From Candidatus Omnitrophota bacterium (GTDB taxonomy: Bacteria > Omnitrophota > Gorgyraeia > Gygaellales > Profunditerraquicolaceae): DNA of 60,996 nucleotides. The position numbers and the translations under genes are program-made. Each line of letters begins with the position of its first letter. The stretch's first letter is position 1. The stretch lies in NCBI GenBank assembly GCA_028710405.1, contig JAQTUD010000001.1, forward strand, positions 1 to 60,996, read 5' to 3'. The notes below the pieces were generated by a model. That model saw only the letters and a list, made by a program, of their open reading frames with translations, did not search any database and was not told where the DNA came from. Positions 8,001-18,620 of the stretch are shown here, in pieces.

Positions 8001-8612
8001 GAAATTCCATATTATTCTTTCTGCCGCTATTTTACTATCAATTACCCTACCAGAAGCCTCCTCCAGGGAGATCATTTTAATATCCATTCCGCAAGGCCGG
8101 ATCAATTCAAAATTTTTTAAGTCGTTTTTTTCTATATTAACACTTAATCCGTGAAAGGTTATCCAATTCCTTATAGCTATGCCGATAGAAGCGATCTTGC
8201 GCTGGCCTATCCAGGCGCCGGTAAATCCCACACGCTGGCGCGCCTCTACCCCGAAATCCGCCAGAAAACCTATGATCGCGCTCTCCATCTTCCTTAAGAA
8301 CCAATGTATATCTTTTTTGAGGTAACGTAGGTCAAGAACAGGATAAAGGGTCAACTGTCCCGGCCCGTGATACGTTATATCTCCTCCCCGCTCTAACGCG
8401 TATACCCTTATGCCTTTGGCCTTTAATTCTTCCGCCGAAACCAGAAGATTATTTTTATTTGCTGACCTGCCTAAGGTAACCACCGGATTATGCCGGCAGA
8501 GGATCAGGGCGCCGCAAGTTTTGCCATTTTTGACGCGGCCGAATATTTCTTTTTGGAAATCGTAGGCTTTCTGAAAATCAATTAACCCTAAATCAAATAC
8601 TTCGGGCTTCAT
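7914..8612 (-). CDS. lipB: lipoyl(octanoyl) transferase
   Basis: 232 aa. Has RGGDITYHGPGQL, RKIASIG and RPCG motifs. The last ~26 codons and the stop lie inside repeat copy A. Confidence 0.9.
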   Translation of the reverse strand: MKPEVFDLGLIDFQKAYDFQKEIFGRVKNGKTCGALILCRHNPVVTLGRSANKNNLLVSAEELKAKGIRVYALERGGDITYHGPGQLTLYPVLDLRYLKKDIHWFLRKMESAIIGFLADFGVEARQRVGFTGAWIGQRKIASIGIAIRNWITFHGLSVNIEKNDLKNFELIRPCGMDIKMISLEEASGRVIDSKIAAERIIWNFRRTLDNPVLINNRQGFNSRNNLLTLKCS

Positions 8613-8616
8613 CGGA

Positions 8617-9909
8617 TTATTTTACCGCCTCATGTATTGACTCTGATAAACTGGGGTGGGCAAAAATAGTATTGCGTAGTTGGGATAATTTCAGATTATT
8701 GGTTATGGCGACAGTAAATATAGCGATTAATTCCGTAGCTTTCGGACCGATGATAAAAGCTCCCAGGAGCGTTTCTGTCTTCTTATCAGATACAACCTTA
8801 ATAAAACCTTCGGTTTCGTCTAATATGCGCGCCATCCCTGAACCCAGGAAATCAAATTTGTTTATTTTTATATCCATTCCCCTACCCTCTGCCTCTTCCT
8901 GGATTAGCCCCACGCTGGCAATCTCCGGATCAGTAAAAATACATCCGGGGATCACCGTATTATCGGCTTTGATCGGACGATCCGGATGGATGATATTCCC
9001 GGCGGCAATTATACCCTGATAGGCGGCAAAGTGAGCGAGCATGGTCTTGCTAACGCAATCTCCGGAGGCAAAGATACCCGGAATATTGGTGCGCAGGTAT
9101 TCATCAACCAATATCCTTCCTTTCTCTAATTTTACGCCGCAGGCCTCCAGGCCTAAGCCTTCCACAAAAGGTTTTCTTCCTACGCATACTAAAACCAGTT
9201 CATGACTAGACAAAAGTTCCGGAGTAGCCCGGGTATTGGTATTTACTTTTATCCCGCGCTTCTTGAATGCCGTTTCAATCTTTTTGGCAACTTCTTTATC
9301 CATGCCAGGTAAAAGCTGCGGCATAAATTCTACTATCGTTACATGAGCGCCTAAAGCCGCGAATAGACTGGCGAATTCGCACCCGATGACCCCGCCCCCT
9401 ATGATCAACAACGTGGGAGGTATGTTTTTTAGATTCAGGATGTCATCACTGGAGATTATCTTACGGCCATCAAATTTAAAACCGGCCAGCTCCTGGGGGC
9501 CGGAACCACAAGCAATAAGGATAGACTTAGTTTTTATGAATTGTCCCCCAGCTTTTATTTCTCCGACAGAGATAATCTGCGCCTGGGCAGATAAAAAGTC
9601 CACTCCCTTAAGCGCAGATTGCATGCCGGCGCGTAGCTGACGAACTATATTATCTTTTCTTTCCTGGATCTTTAAAAAATTGGCACTGGGTAGAGATGAC
9701 TCTATGCCGAAATTAGCGGATTTTTTAAGTTGCGAGAATAATTTCGCGGATTGGATCAGGGATTTGGTAGGTATACAGCCGCGGTTAAGGCAGGTCCCGC
9801 CGATATCAGCCTTTTCGATCAGGCAGACTTTTAAGCCCGCGTCCTTGGCACGCAAGGCCGCGTTAAAACCCGCCCATCCTGCGCCGATTACAGCCAGATC
9901 ATAATCCAT
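8617..9909 (-). CDS. lpdA: dihydrolipoyl dehydrogenase (pyridine nucleotide-disulfide oxidoreductase)
   Basis: 430 aa. Has the FAD fold DLAVIGAGWAG, the redox disulfide GGTCLNRGCIPTK, and the C-terminal dimerisation motif FAHPSLSE. Confidence 0.85.
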   Translation of the reverse strand: MDYDLAVIGAGWAGFNAALRAKDAGLKVCLIEKADIGGTCLNRGCIPTKSLIQSAKLFSQLKKSANFGIESSLPSANFLKIQERKDNIVRQLRAGMQSALKGVDFLSAQAQIISVGEIKAGGQFIKTKSILIACGSGPQELAGFKFDGRKIISSDDILNLKNIPPTLLIIGGGVIGCEFASLFAALGAHVTIVEFMPQLLPGMDKEVAKKIETAFKKRGIKVNTNTRATPELLSSHELVLVCVGRKPFVEGLGLEACGVKLEKGRILVDEYLRTNIPGIFASGDCVSKTMLAHFAAYQGIIAAGNIIHPDRPIKADNTVIPGCIFTDPEIASVGLIQEEAEGRGMDIKINKFDFLGSGMARILDETEGFIKVVSDKKTETLLGAFIIGPKATELIAIFTVAITNNLKLSQLRNTIFAHPSLSESIHEAVK

Positions 9910-9914
9910 AACGG

Positions 9915-10835
9915 CTATACTGTAATGTTGCTATACTGTACCTTAAGATTGGCCGCACAGCTAAGTAAAGCTTCGCTTTCATCCTTTTGTAAGGATATTT
10001 CAATAATCTTCTCAATTCCCTGCCTGCCTATGCTGCAGAGGGTTCCTATGCAAACATCTTTGATCCCATATTCGCCATTAAGATAAGCGGATACCCCTAT
10101 AGTGCGTTTCTGGTCTTTAGTGATCGCCTGCACAATATCGGATATGGCTGCTGAGGGCGCGAAATAAGCGCTGCCGCTGCCTAACAGGGATACGATTTCC
10201 GCGCCTCGGTTTATGGTCTTCTTGACCAAGCCCTCTATTTTTCCTTTATCCAGTTTTTCTTCCAGGGAAACGCCTTTAATATTAGTAACCCGCGCCAGAG
10301 GGAGCATGCCTTCGCCATGGCTGCCAATCACAAAGGCCTCTACGTCTGTTACCGGGACATTCAGTTCAGCGGCGATAAGATTGGCAAACCTTGCGGCATC
10401 CAGGCTCACACCCATACCTAATACCCTGGAAGGGCTAAAGCCGGTAGCCTTTAAAACAAATCGGGTCATCAAATCTAAAGGATTGGTTACTTCTATCAGG
10501 ATAGATTGAGGGGCGAGTTTCTTTATATTCAGGCAAATCTCTTTTAAGATACCGGCGTTCTTATTTAATAATTCTTCACGGGTCATCCCGGGCTTGCGCG
10601 CCAGGCCGGCGGTAATGACTATCAGGTCCGAATCTTTTATTCTGGAGATATCATCCGTGCCTTCTAGGCGATAATTATTCTGCAGAGGGTAACGGGCATC
10701 CTCCAGGTCAAAGGCTTTGCCTTGGGCTAACCCCTTGACGATATCTACTAATAGAATATCCCCCGCCCCATCCTGGGCCAGGCGCAGGGCAGTAAGGCTT
10801 CCGACATTACCAGCTCCAATCACACTTATTTTCAT
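9915..10835 (-). CDS. mdh: malate dehydrogenase (LDH-like family)
   Basis: 306 aa. Has MKISVIGAGNVG. The loop AGLARKPGMTREEL carries Arg at the substrate-discriminating position, as in MDH rather than LDH. Confidence 0.85.
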   Translation of the reverse strand: MKISVIGAGNVGSLTALRLAQDGAGDILLVDIVKGLAQGKAFDLEDARYPLQNNYRLEGTDDISRIKDSDLIVITAGLARKPGMTREELLNKNAGILKEICLNIKKLAPQSILIEVTNPLDLMTRFVLKATGFSPSRVLGMGVSLDAARFANLIAAELNVPVTDVEAFVIGSHGEGMLPLARVTNIKGVSLEEKLDKGKIEGLVKKTINRGAEIVSLLGSGSAYFAPSAAISDIVQAITKDQKRTIGVSAYLNGEYGIKDVCIGTLCSIGRQGIEKIIEISLQKDESEALLSCAANLKVQYSNITV

Positions 10836-10836
10836 C

Positions 10837-11922
10837 TTATTTTTTTATCTTTTTAATGATGGCATCCGCCATCTCGCGCGTGCCTACTGCAGACGGATCT
10901 TTGGGGTCAGGTTTTAAATCGTAGGTTACGAATCGGCCTTGGGCAATCACATCTTTGACCGCGTTCTCTAGTCTGGAGGCGGCCTCTGTTTCATTGATAT
11001 ATCTAAGCATGAGCATCCCGGAGAGTATCATCGCTACCGGATTAACCTTATTCAGCCCTTTATATTTCGGGGCTGCTCCATGCACCGCTTCAAAAACAGC
11101 CATATCACGGCCGATATTCGCCCCCGGGGCCACCCCTAAACCTCCGACTAAGCCCGCGCAGAGGTCCGAAAGAATATCCCCGTAAAGATTAGGCAAGAGC
11201 AGAACATCATAATTCTTCGGCTTCTGCACTAGCTGCATACACATATTATCAACCAGGGCTTCTTCAAAGGCGACTTTCCCCGCGTATTCCGCGGCTACTT
11301 TTCGGGCAGACTGCAGGAATAGCCCGTCGGTAAATTTCATAATATTGGACTTCTGCACCGCGGTAACTTTCTTGCGTCCGGATTTAACGGCATATTCAAA
11401 GGCAAAACGCGCGATACGCTCAGAGGCGTATTTTGATATGGGTTTTATGGAAATTCCAGAATCCTGGCGAATATCTTTGGAGGTATATTTTTTGATCTGA
11501 TTAATAATATCTCTGGTCTCGGGTTTCCCCTCTTCAAACTCAATGCCGGCATAAAGGTCTTCGCTATTTTCCCTGATTACCACCAGGTCAATATCTTTAT
11601 AAAGGCTCTTTACTCCCGGATAGGTCTTTGCCGGCCGCACGCAGGCATACAAATCCAGGGCGTGTCTTAATGCCACGTTTACCGAACGAAAACCTCCCCC
11701 GATAGGAGTAGTGATCGGCCCTTTAAGGGCAACTTTATTTTTCTTTATTGATTCTACAACCGCATCCGGCAAGAGGGAACCGGTCTTTTCCAGTGCGTCG
11801 GCTCCGGCGTTTAATTCCTCCCACTCTATCTTTACCCCTGTGGCCTCGATACATCTTTTTGCCGCTTCAGCCACATCCGGGCCAATACCGTCACCAGGGA
11901 TCAAGGTTATCTTGCGCGCCAT
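10837..11922 (-). CDS. icd: isocitrate dehydrogenase (short beta-decarboxylating dehydrogenase type)
   Basis: 361 aa. [31 protein letters not shown]...[16 protein letters not shown] closely parallels the E. coli Icd substrate loop (GGGIRSLNVALR), more than it parallels LeuB. Confidence 0.8.
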   Translation of the reverse strand: MARKITLIPGDGIGPDVAEAAKRCIEATGVKIEWEELNAGADALEKTGSLLPDAVVESIKKNKVALKGPITTPIGGGFRSVNVALRHALDLYACVRPAKTYPGVKSLYKDIDLVVIRENSEDLYAGIEFEEGKPETRDIINQIKKYTSKDIRQDSGISIKPISKYASERIARFAFEYAVKSGRKKVTAVQKSNIMKFTDGLFLQSARKVAAEYAGKVAFEEALVDNMCMQLVQKPKNYDVLLLPNLYGDILSDLCAGLVGGLGVAPGANIGRDMAVFEAVHGAAPKYKGLNKVNPVAMILSGMLMLRYINETEAASRLENAVKDVIAQGRFVTYDLKPDPKDPSAVGTREMADAIIKKIKK

Positions 11923-11924
11923 AC

Positions 11925-12431
11925 TTACTCCACTTGCGGTAATTTTTTATATTTTTTTACGTAATTGATTACCCCGCCCTCTTTTAATAATTCCTGCATG
12001 AACGCGGGGATGGGATTTATCTTAAACTCAATGTTGGCGGTAGTATTTTTGACTATACCTTTATCCAGGTCTAGTTCCAGGGAATCGGTCTCTCTAATCT
12101 TATCCGTGTCTATCTCCACCAGCGGCAGCCCGATATTAAAACTGTTCCGGTAAAAGATACGCGCGAAAGACTTGGCCAGGACCGCGGTGATCCCGGATTC
12201 CTTGATTACCAGAGGCGCCTGCTCCCGTGATGAGCCCATCCCGAAATTCTTACCCGCTACTATCATGGAATTACCCGGTTTGATCTTAGCGGAAAATCCG
12301 GGATCAATGTCTTCCATAATATGCTTGGATAATTCCTTGATATCGGTGATGGCGAATTTATAACGGCCGGAGATAATAAAATCCGTATTTATATTATCCC
12401 CTAATTTTAATGCCTGGCCGGACAACTTCAT
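11925..12431 (-). CDS. aconitase-family dehydratase small subunit (LeuD/HacB-like)
   Basis: 168 aa, archaeal-type length. Has [14 protein letters not shown] and [11 protein letters not shown] motifs. The specificity loop reads SGRYKFAI. Confidence 0.85.
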   Translation of the reverse strand: MKLSGQALKLGDNINTDFIISGRYKFAITDIKELSKHIMEDIDPGFSAKIKPGNSMIVAGKNFGMGSSREQAPLVIKESGITAVLAKSFARIFYRNSFNIGLPLVEIDTDKIRETDSLELDLDKGIVKNTTANIEFKINPIPAFMQELLKEGGVINYVKKYKKLPQVE

Positions 12432-13474
12432 AGTTGTTTGAACTCGTCCATATTCTTAACCTTGGATAACGCCATATCCATACTGATCCTTCCGATTTTA
12501 ACCAGTTCTTTTAATGACTTATCCATAGTCCTCATCCCGTATTGAGAACCGGTCTGCATTAACGTGGGTATCTGCTCGATCTGGTGTTCGCGGATAAGAT
12601 TCCTGACCCCTGCCGTGCCGATCATAACTTCGGTGGCCAGGACCCTGCCGGTGCCAGAAGAATGCTCCAGTAATAACTGCGAAACTACCCCCTGAAGGGA
12701 ATCCGCTAATTGTAACTTTACCTGCTGCTGCTGGTAAGGTGGAAAAACGTCTATGATCCTTTCTATGGTCTGCGGGGCGTCAGCAGTATGTAGTGTCGCC
12801 AGGACCAAATGCCCGGTCTCAGCGGCAGTCAGGGCTGTAGAGATAGTCTCTAAATCGCGCATTTCGCCTACAACGATAACATTAGGGTCCTGCCTCAAGG
12901 CATGTCTTAGGGCAGCGGCAAAAGAAAGGGTGTCAGAATGCACTTCCCTCTGTTTGATTATACTTTTTTTGTTGGTAAAGATAAACTCAATGGGATCTTC
13001 AATGGAAACGATCATAGCGTCTCTTTCATTGTTAATCACTTCTATCATCGCCGCCAGGGTAGTAGTCTTCCCCATCCCTGTCGGTCCGGTAACCAAGACC
13101 AGGCCGTTAGGCCGGCGGGCAAGCTCCAAGATCACGTCGGGCAATCCCAATTCATCCATAGTAGGTATAATTAGCGGCACGCGCCTGAAAGCGGCCTCTA
13201 CGGAACCTCTTTGTATATGCACATTGACACGAAAACGTTCCAGATCCGGCAGGGCCAAAGAAAAATCTAACTCCAGGTCGCGTTCAAACTTTTCTTTCTG
13301 GGGGTTAGTCATGATGCTATATATCATGATCTTCAGGTCATGCTTGTTGAAGATAGGAAAATCCAGGCGTTGCAGTTTACCATCTACGCGTAGGAGCGGA
13401 GGTTCTTTCTCGGTGATATGTAAATCGGAAGCCTTTTTTTTAATGCAGAGCAACAAAAGATCTTTTATCTCCAT
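12428..13474 (-). CDS. pilT: type IV pilus retraction ATPase PilT
   Basis: 348 aa. Has Walker [11 protein letters not shown], Walker B/Asp box VIVVGEMRD, and [14 protein letters not shown]. Its stop overlaps the LeuD-like start (ATGA). Confidence 0.9.
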   Translation of the reverse strand: MEIKDLLLLCIKKKASDLHITEKEPPLLRVDGKLQRLDFPIFNKHDLKIMIYSIMTNPQKEKFERDLELDFSLALPDLERFRVNVHIQRGSVEAAFRRVPLIIPTMDELGLPDVILELARRPNGLVLVTGPTGMGKTTTLAAMIEVINNERDAMIVSIEDPIEFIFTNKKSIIKQREVHSDTLSFAAALRHALRQDPNVIVVGEMRDLETISTALTAAETGHLVLATLHTADAPQTIERIIDVFPPYQQQQVKLQLADSLQGVVSQLLLEHSSGTGRVLATEVMIGTAGVRNLIREHQIEQIPTLMQTGSQYGMRTMDKSLKELVKIGRISMDMALSKVKNMDEFKQL

Positions 13475-13488
13475 CTTTAGCCTCCTGA

Positions 13489-14742
13489 TTATAGGTATTT
13501 CTTTGGATCAACGATCCTGCCTTCTATCGCCGAAGCGACCACAGTCGCCGGAGAAGCAAGATATATGAAGGCAGATGGATTACCCATCCTGCCTTTGAAA
13601 TTCCTGTTGGCGCTGGAGATGACTACTTCTTTATCCGCGGGTATCCCATTGTGCGTGCCCACGCATGGCCCGCAGCCGCAGGCAACGATCACCGCCCCGG
13701 CATTAATAAATATATCCACCAGTCCCAGCTTCAGGGCCTCCAGGAATACACTGCGCGAACTGGGGGCAATAATGAATTTTACCCCGGGATGCACCTTCCT
13801 TGATTTTAGCATCATTGCCGCTATTTTCAAGTCTTCTATTCTACCATTAGTGCAGGTGCCCAAGAACGCTTCATCTATCTTTGTATCTTTTAATTCTTGC
13901 GCCGGTAAGACATTATCCACGCTATGCGGAAGAGATACCTGAGGCTTTAGTTTAGAAACATCAAACTCTAAGACTTTTTCGTAATTGGCGTCTTTATCCG
14001 CGGCCACCGGATTGATCTTTTTGCCTTTGGGAAGTCGCGTTTTTAACCAGGCGATTGTTTTTTTATCTACCGGCATAAAACCGCATTTGGCCCCCATCTC
14101 TACCACCATATTGCACATAGTAAACCTACCGTCCATATCCAGCTCGTCTATAACCGGGCCGGAGAATTCCACGGCTTTATAGGTGGCTCCGTCAGCCTTG
14201 ATATTATCAATAATATGCAAGATGATATCCTTGGCAAATACCTCCCTGGCGAGCTTTCCTTTTACGATTATTTTCAGTGTCTCGGGGACTTTAAACCAAT
14301 TGTAACCGGTGGCCAGGGCAACTGCCAGGTCAGTTGAGCCTACTCCCGTGGAAAAAATCCCCAAGGCCCCGTAAGTGCAGGTGTGCGAATCCGCCCCCAG
14401 GACCAGCTCGCCAGGGAGGATCTTCCCTGATTCCGGGATGACCTGATGACAGACGCCGCAACCGATATCAAAGAAGGCGGTATTATATTCTTGGCTAAAA
14501 TCGCGCATCTTCTTATGTACCCGCGAAACCCCTTCGCTGGGAGACGGGGCACTATGATCAATGACCATGCAGAATTCTGTATTTAAAGTCTTTAAGCCTA
14601 GATCCCTGACCCGGTCAATGATAATGGAAGATGTCCCGTCCTGGCCGAAAGCAAAGTCAATTTTACAAAGCGCTAATTCGCCGGACCTTAAGCTTCTGCC
14701 CGCGTGATTACTTAATATTTTTTCCGCGATTGTCTTGCCCAT
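13489..14742 (-). CDS. aconitase-family dehydratase large subunit (LeuC/HacA-like)
   Basis: 417 aa. Fe-S ligand contexts are GADSHTC, GTCTNGR and CGCGPCVG. Confidence 0.85.
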   Translation of the reverse strand: MGKTIAEKILSNHAGRSLRSGELALCKIDFAFGQDGTSSIIIDRVRDLGLKTLNTEFCMVIDHSAPSPSEGVSRVHKKMRDFSQEYNTAFFDIGCGVCHQVIPESGKILPGELVLGADSHTCTYGALGIFSTGVGSTDLAVALATGYNWFKVPETLKIIVKGKLAREVFAKDIILHIIDNIKADGATYKAVEFSGPVIDELDMDGRFTMCNMVVEMGAKCGFMPVDKKTIAWLKTRLPKGKKINPVAADKDANYEKVLEFDVSKLKPQVSLPHSVDNVLPAQELKDTKIDEAFLGTCTNGRIEDLKIAAMMLKSRKVHPGVKFIIAPSSRSVFLEALKLGLVDIFINAGAVIVACGCGPCVGTHNGIPADKEVVISSANRNFKGRMGNPSAFIYLASPATVVASAIEGRIVDPKKYL

Positions 14743-14748
14743 ATTTAT

Positions 14749-15927
14749 TTAAGTATTCTTACTTAACCATGCGGCTATTCTATCCACGCCTTTTTCTATC
14801 TGTGTAGTGCTAGTGGCAAAACTCAGGCGCACATAGTCGTTTCTGCCGAAACCATCGCCCGGGATTATGCTTACAAAAGTTTCTTCCAGCAGACGGCTGG
14901 CAAAAGTCAGGGAATCAAGGCGGGTCTGGGAGATATCGCAGAATATATAGAACGCTCCTCCAGGAAGGACATATTTTATTTTCTTGATTTTATTAAGACG
15001 GGAGGCCATATAGTCGCGCCTGGCCTGGAATTCCTTACAGATCTTCTGTGAAAAATCATCCGGGGCGCTTAAGGCTGCGACTGCCGCTTTTTGGGAGATT
15101 GAAACCGGGCATGAGGTGGAATGATCCTGTAAATTAGAGATAGCGCTGACTACGTCTTTGGGCCCTCCCAGGTATCCTATCCTCCATCCGGTCATAGAAT
15201 AACTCTTGGAAAGGCCGTTAATAGTAATAGTCAGGTCATAGATATCTTTATTGAATCCGGCGATGGAAATATGTTTCTGCCCGTCGTAAATAAGCTTTTC
15301 GTATATTTCGTCACTGGCGACAAAGATCTTTCTGGCTACGCAGATTCTGGCTATCTCCTCTAATTCTTTGCGGCTATAGACGCATCCGGTAGGGTTAGAT
15401 GGAGTATTTAATATCAGCAGCTTGGTCTTATTGCTTAGCTGTTTCTCTAATTCTTCCGTAGTTAATTTAAAATTATTTTCGGGCAGGGTTTTGACAAAGC
15501 GCGGGGATCCTTCACAGATATTTACCATTTCAGGGTAGCTTACCCAGTAAGGAGAAGGGATGATCACCTCGTCCTGCGGGTTAACCAAGGCCAGCAGGGT
15601 ATTAAATATGCTGTGTTTTGCCCCGCTTGATACGGCTATCTGTTCGGGGGCGTATTCAATCTGGTTTTCTTTTTTGAATTTCTCGCAGATGAGTTTTTTT
15701 AGTTCCGGGATGCCGGTGGAAGGGGTATATTTGGTGAACCCGCCTTTAATGGCGGATATGGCCTGGTCTTTAATGAAATCCGGGGTGTCAAAATCCGGTT
15801 CTCCGGCGGCAAAATTCACGATATCCTTGCCTTCGGATATTAGCTTTTTAGCCCGTGAAGTTATGGCAAGAGTCGAAGAAGGGTTTATCTTCTTTACGCG
15901 TTCGGCAAGCCTTGTATCTATGCGCAT
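14749..15927 (-). CDS. class I pyridoxal-phosphate aminotransferase (aspartate aminotransferase-like)
   Basis: 392 aa. The PLP-lysine motif is SKSYSMTGWRIGY, with NPSNPTG upstream. Confidence 0.85.
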   Translation of the reverse strand: MRIDTRLAERVKKINPSSTLAITSRAKKLISEGKDIVNFAAGEPDFDTPDFIKDQAISAIKGGFTKYTPSTGIPELKKLICEKFKKENQIEYAPEQIAVSSGAKHSIFNTLLALVNPQDEVIIPSPYWVSYPEMVNICEGSPRFVKTLPENNFKLTTEELEKQLSNKTKLLILNTPSNPTGCVYSRKELEEIARICVARKIFVASDEIYEKLIYDGQKHISIAGFNKDIYDLTITINGLSKSYSMTGWRIGYLGGPKDVVSAISNLQDHSTSCPVSISQKAAVAALSAPDDFSQKICKEFQARRDYMASRLNKIKKIKYVLPGGAFYIFCDISQTRLDSLTFASRLLEETFVSIIPGDGFGRNDYVRLSFATSTTQIEKGVDRIAAWLSKNT

Positions 15928-15936
15928 ATACGCTTT

Positions 15937-16503
15937 TTATAAAGAATCTCTTTCTTTTTTGAAAATATTCTTTAATCCGCCTAAGAATTTCTTAGCGGGC
16001 CTCTTGGTTACCGGCGGCCTCTCTTGGACTGCTGTCTTAGTTTCGGTTTTTTTCTCCTGGACAGGCTTATCTCCAGCAGCTTCCGAGACATGCTCCTGAT
16101 GCGCCGCAGCCTCCATTTTCTTCTTTGGCTTCTTGACTTCTTTTCTTTTGATCTCGGTAAGTTCCATAATGACTACTTTGGCATCATCCCCTCTCCTTAC
16201 GCCTAAATTGATTATACGCGTAAAGCCGCTTACTCTTTTAGTAAAACGCGGGCCGATCTCTTTAAAGAGCAGGCTGACAACTTTGTGGTCGCCAAGTATC
16301 TTAAAGGCATAGCGCCGGGCAGCCAGGGTATCTTGCTTAGCCAACAAGACCAGTTTTTCAGCCAGCGGCCTTAAGGCCTTGGCTTTGGTCAAAGTAGTCC
16401 TCATGCTCTGTTGCAGCAATAAATTCCTGGCCATGCTCCTCAACGTCGCCTTATGCCAACTGCTAAAACGGTTTAATTGCAGCCTCTTTTTTCTATGCCT
16501 CAT
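15937..16503 (-). CDS. rplQ: 50S ribosomal protein L17 with a ~70-aa Lys/Glu-rich C-terminal extension
   Basis: 188 aa. The N-terminus MRHRKKRLQLNRFSSWHKATLRSMARNLL is typical L17. It is the last gene of the alpha operon. Confidence 0.95.
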   Translation of the reverse strand: MRHRKKRLQLNRFSSWHKATLRSMARNLLLQQSMRTTLTKAKALRPLAEKLVLLAKQDTLAARRYAFKILGDHKVVSLLFKEIGPRFTKRVSGFTRIINLGVRRGDDAKVVIMELTEIKRKEVKKPKKKMEAAAHQEHVSEAAGDKPVQEKKTETKTAVQERPPVTKRPAKKFLGGLKNIFKKERDSL

Positions 16504-16531
16504 TTAGTCGGTCCCTCTTGTTTAATCCCCG

Positions 16532-17524
16532 TTAATTTTTCTTTAATTTCTTGGGATCTATCTGTATGCCTAAAGTCAGCCCCATACCCGCCAGTAATTC
16601 CTTTATTTCATTCAAAGACTTTTTGCCGAAGTTCTTGAAACCCAGCATTTCGTCTTCATTCTTTCTGACCAGGTCGGCGATGATCTTGATGTTTGCTTCC
16701 CGAAGGCAGTTGGAACTTCTTACCGATAATTCCAGCTCGGAAATAGGCAGCCTTAACTTTTCGTATAAGGCCATCTCTTCCCGGGTCATCTCAGGCTCAT
16801 CCTCGGCAATATCCTCAGGCAGTTGTCCGAAATTCACAAAAATATCCAAGTGCCTTTGCAGGATATTGGAGGCATAAAGAAGAGCGTCCTTAGGGCTGAT
16901 AGCTCCGTTAGTCAAGACTTCCAGGATCAGCTTATCATAATCCGTGCGTTGGCCGACACGAGTATTCTCCACATAGTAATTTACTTTCCTTACGGGCGAA
17001 AATACCGAGTCTACCGGAATCACGCCGATGACCTTATCTTCTTTTTTGTTCTGTTCCGCCAGGACATAGCCCCGGCCGCGGGACACTTCCATCTCAACAT
17101 GAAATTTGGTATCCTTGGTTAAGGTGGCAATGTGTAATTCGGGATTGATTATCTCTATGGTCTCATCAACCTCTATATCCTTCGCCTTGATAGAACCCTT
17201 AGTATCTTTCTTTATGTATATTGTCTTAGGTATCTTGGAATGGGAATTCAATACCAGGCTTTTTATATTTAAAATTATCTCCGGAACATCTTCTAATACC
17301 CCGGGGATAACTGAAAATTCGTGAGATGCCCCATGGATCTTGACTGAGGTCACGGCACTTCCCTCAATAGAAGAAAGCAGGACTCTCCTTAAAGAATTAC
17401 CCAGGGTTACCCCATATCCTCTTTCAAAAGGCGCCGCGGAGAATTTCCCATAAGTGTTAGTGTAACTGGATTCATCGCAGTCTAATCTCTTTGGCAGTTG
17501 AAAATCTCTCCATTTTATACCCAT
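16532..17524 (-). CDS. rpoA: DNA-directed RNA polymerase alpha subunit
   Basis: 330 aa, recognised by sequence and by its S4-RpoA-L17 position. Confidence 0.97.
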   Translation of the reverse strand: MGIKWRDFQLPKRLDCDESSYTNTYGKFSAAPFERGYGVTLGNSLRRVLLSSIEGSAVTSVKIHGASHEFSVIPGVLEDVPEIILNIKSLVLNSHSKIPKTIYIKKDTKGSIKAKDIEVDETIEIINPELHIATLTKDTKFHVEMEVSRGRGYVLAEQNKKEDKVIGVIPVDSVFSPVRKVNYYVENTRVGQRTDYDKLILEVLTNGAISPKDALLYASNILQRHLDIFVNFGQLPEDIAEDEPEMTREEMALYEKLRLPISELELSVRSSNCLREANIKIIADLVRKNEDEMLGFKNFGKKSLNEIKELLAGMGLTLGIQIDPKKLKKN

Positions 17525-17577
17525 TCATTCCTCCTCGTAAGATATATGCGAGTTAACTCAAAAAACTTAAGATTAGT

Positions 17578-18213
17578 TTACTTAGAATACAATTCTACGA
17601 TCAGCTGCTCCTGGATCATCTGCTGGATATCTTCTTTCTCGGGCAGCCGTAATACTTTGGCGCTTAAAGAATCGGCGGTAAATTCAAGCCAGGAAGGAAC
17701 GGTCCTCTCTTTGGAAACTTCCATGTTCTCTTTTATCCTTTTTACTGCGCCTTCCTTGGCCTTGACCTGTACAATGTCATCTTTTTTTACCAGATATGAC
17801 GGTATGTTCACCCGCGTATCATTCACTAATATCTGGTTATGGCGGACGATTTGCCTGGAACCGGACCTGGAATTCGCCATACCCATACGAAAGACTACAT
17901 TATCCAGCCTTCTTTCCAGTAGCTGTAAAAGGATCTTTCCGGTTACGCCTTTGGTCTGGGAAGCCATATCAAAATACTTCCTGAATTGCCTTTCCAGGAC
18001 TCCGTAGATCCTTTTTACCTTTTGTTTTTCCCTTAACTGTAAACCGTAGTTGGAAAGCTTAGTGATCCTGGCTTTTGTCTGGCCGTGCTGCCCGGGGGCA
18101 TAAGCGCGCCTGGTAATGGGGCATTTTTCCGTGGAACACTTGGCGCCTTTTAAAAATAATTTTTCTCCCTGCCTGCGGCACAATCTGCAAACTGCGTCGG
18201 TATATCTAGCCAT
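17578..18213 (-). CDS. rpsD: 30S ribosomal protein S4
   Basis: 211 aa. Starts MARYTDAVCRLCRR. Confidence 0.97.
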   Translation of the reverse strand: MARYTDAVCRLCRRQGEKLFLKGAKCSTEKCPITRRAYAPGQHGQTKARITKLSNYGLQLREKQKVKRIYGVLERQFRKYFDMASQTKGVTGKILLQLLERRLDNVVFRMGMANSRSGSRQIVRHNQILVNDTRVNIPSYLVKKDDIVQVKAKEGAVKRIKENMEVSKERTVPSWLEFTADSLSAKVLRLPEKEDIQQMIQEQLIVELYSK

Positions 18214-18216
18214 CTA

Positions 18217-18606
18217 TTAAACTCTCCTTTTCTTCTTCGGACGGCAACCGTTATGAGGTATGGGTGTTACGTCTTTAATGGAAGTTATGATCAGGCCTGC
18301 CGCCTGCAATGCCCGGATAGCGGATTCCCGGCCAAATCCCGGCCCCTTTACGCGTACTTCCACTTCTTTTAGCCCTACGTCTTTTGCCTTTTTGGCCGCG
18401 TCGCCGGCGGCAATCTGGGCGGCAAAAGGCGTGGATTTTTTTGAACCGCTATAACCGACAATACCCGGGGCCGACCAAACCAAAACATTCCCCTGTTTAT
18501 CGGTAATAGTAATTATGGTATTATTAAAACTGGCTTGTATATGCGCGATCCCCGCGGTAACGCCCCGGGCGATCTTCTTCTTCTTCGCTTTTTCTTTGAC
18601 CGTCAT
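18217..18606 (-). CDS. rpsK: 30S ribosomal protein S11
   Basis: 129 aa. Ends ...[15 protein letters not shown]. Confidence 0.97.
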   Translation of the reverse strand: MTVKEKAKKKKIARGVTAGIAHIQASFNNTIITITDKQGNVLVWSAPGIVGYSGSKKSTPFAAQIAAGDAAKKAKDVGLKEVEVRVKGPGFGRESAIRALQAAGLIITSIKDVTPIPHNGCRPKKKRRV

Positions 18607-18620
18607 TAAAGGTTATCCTC

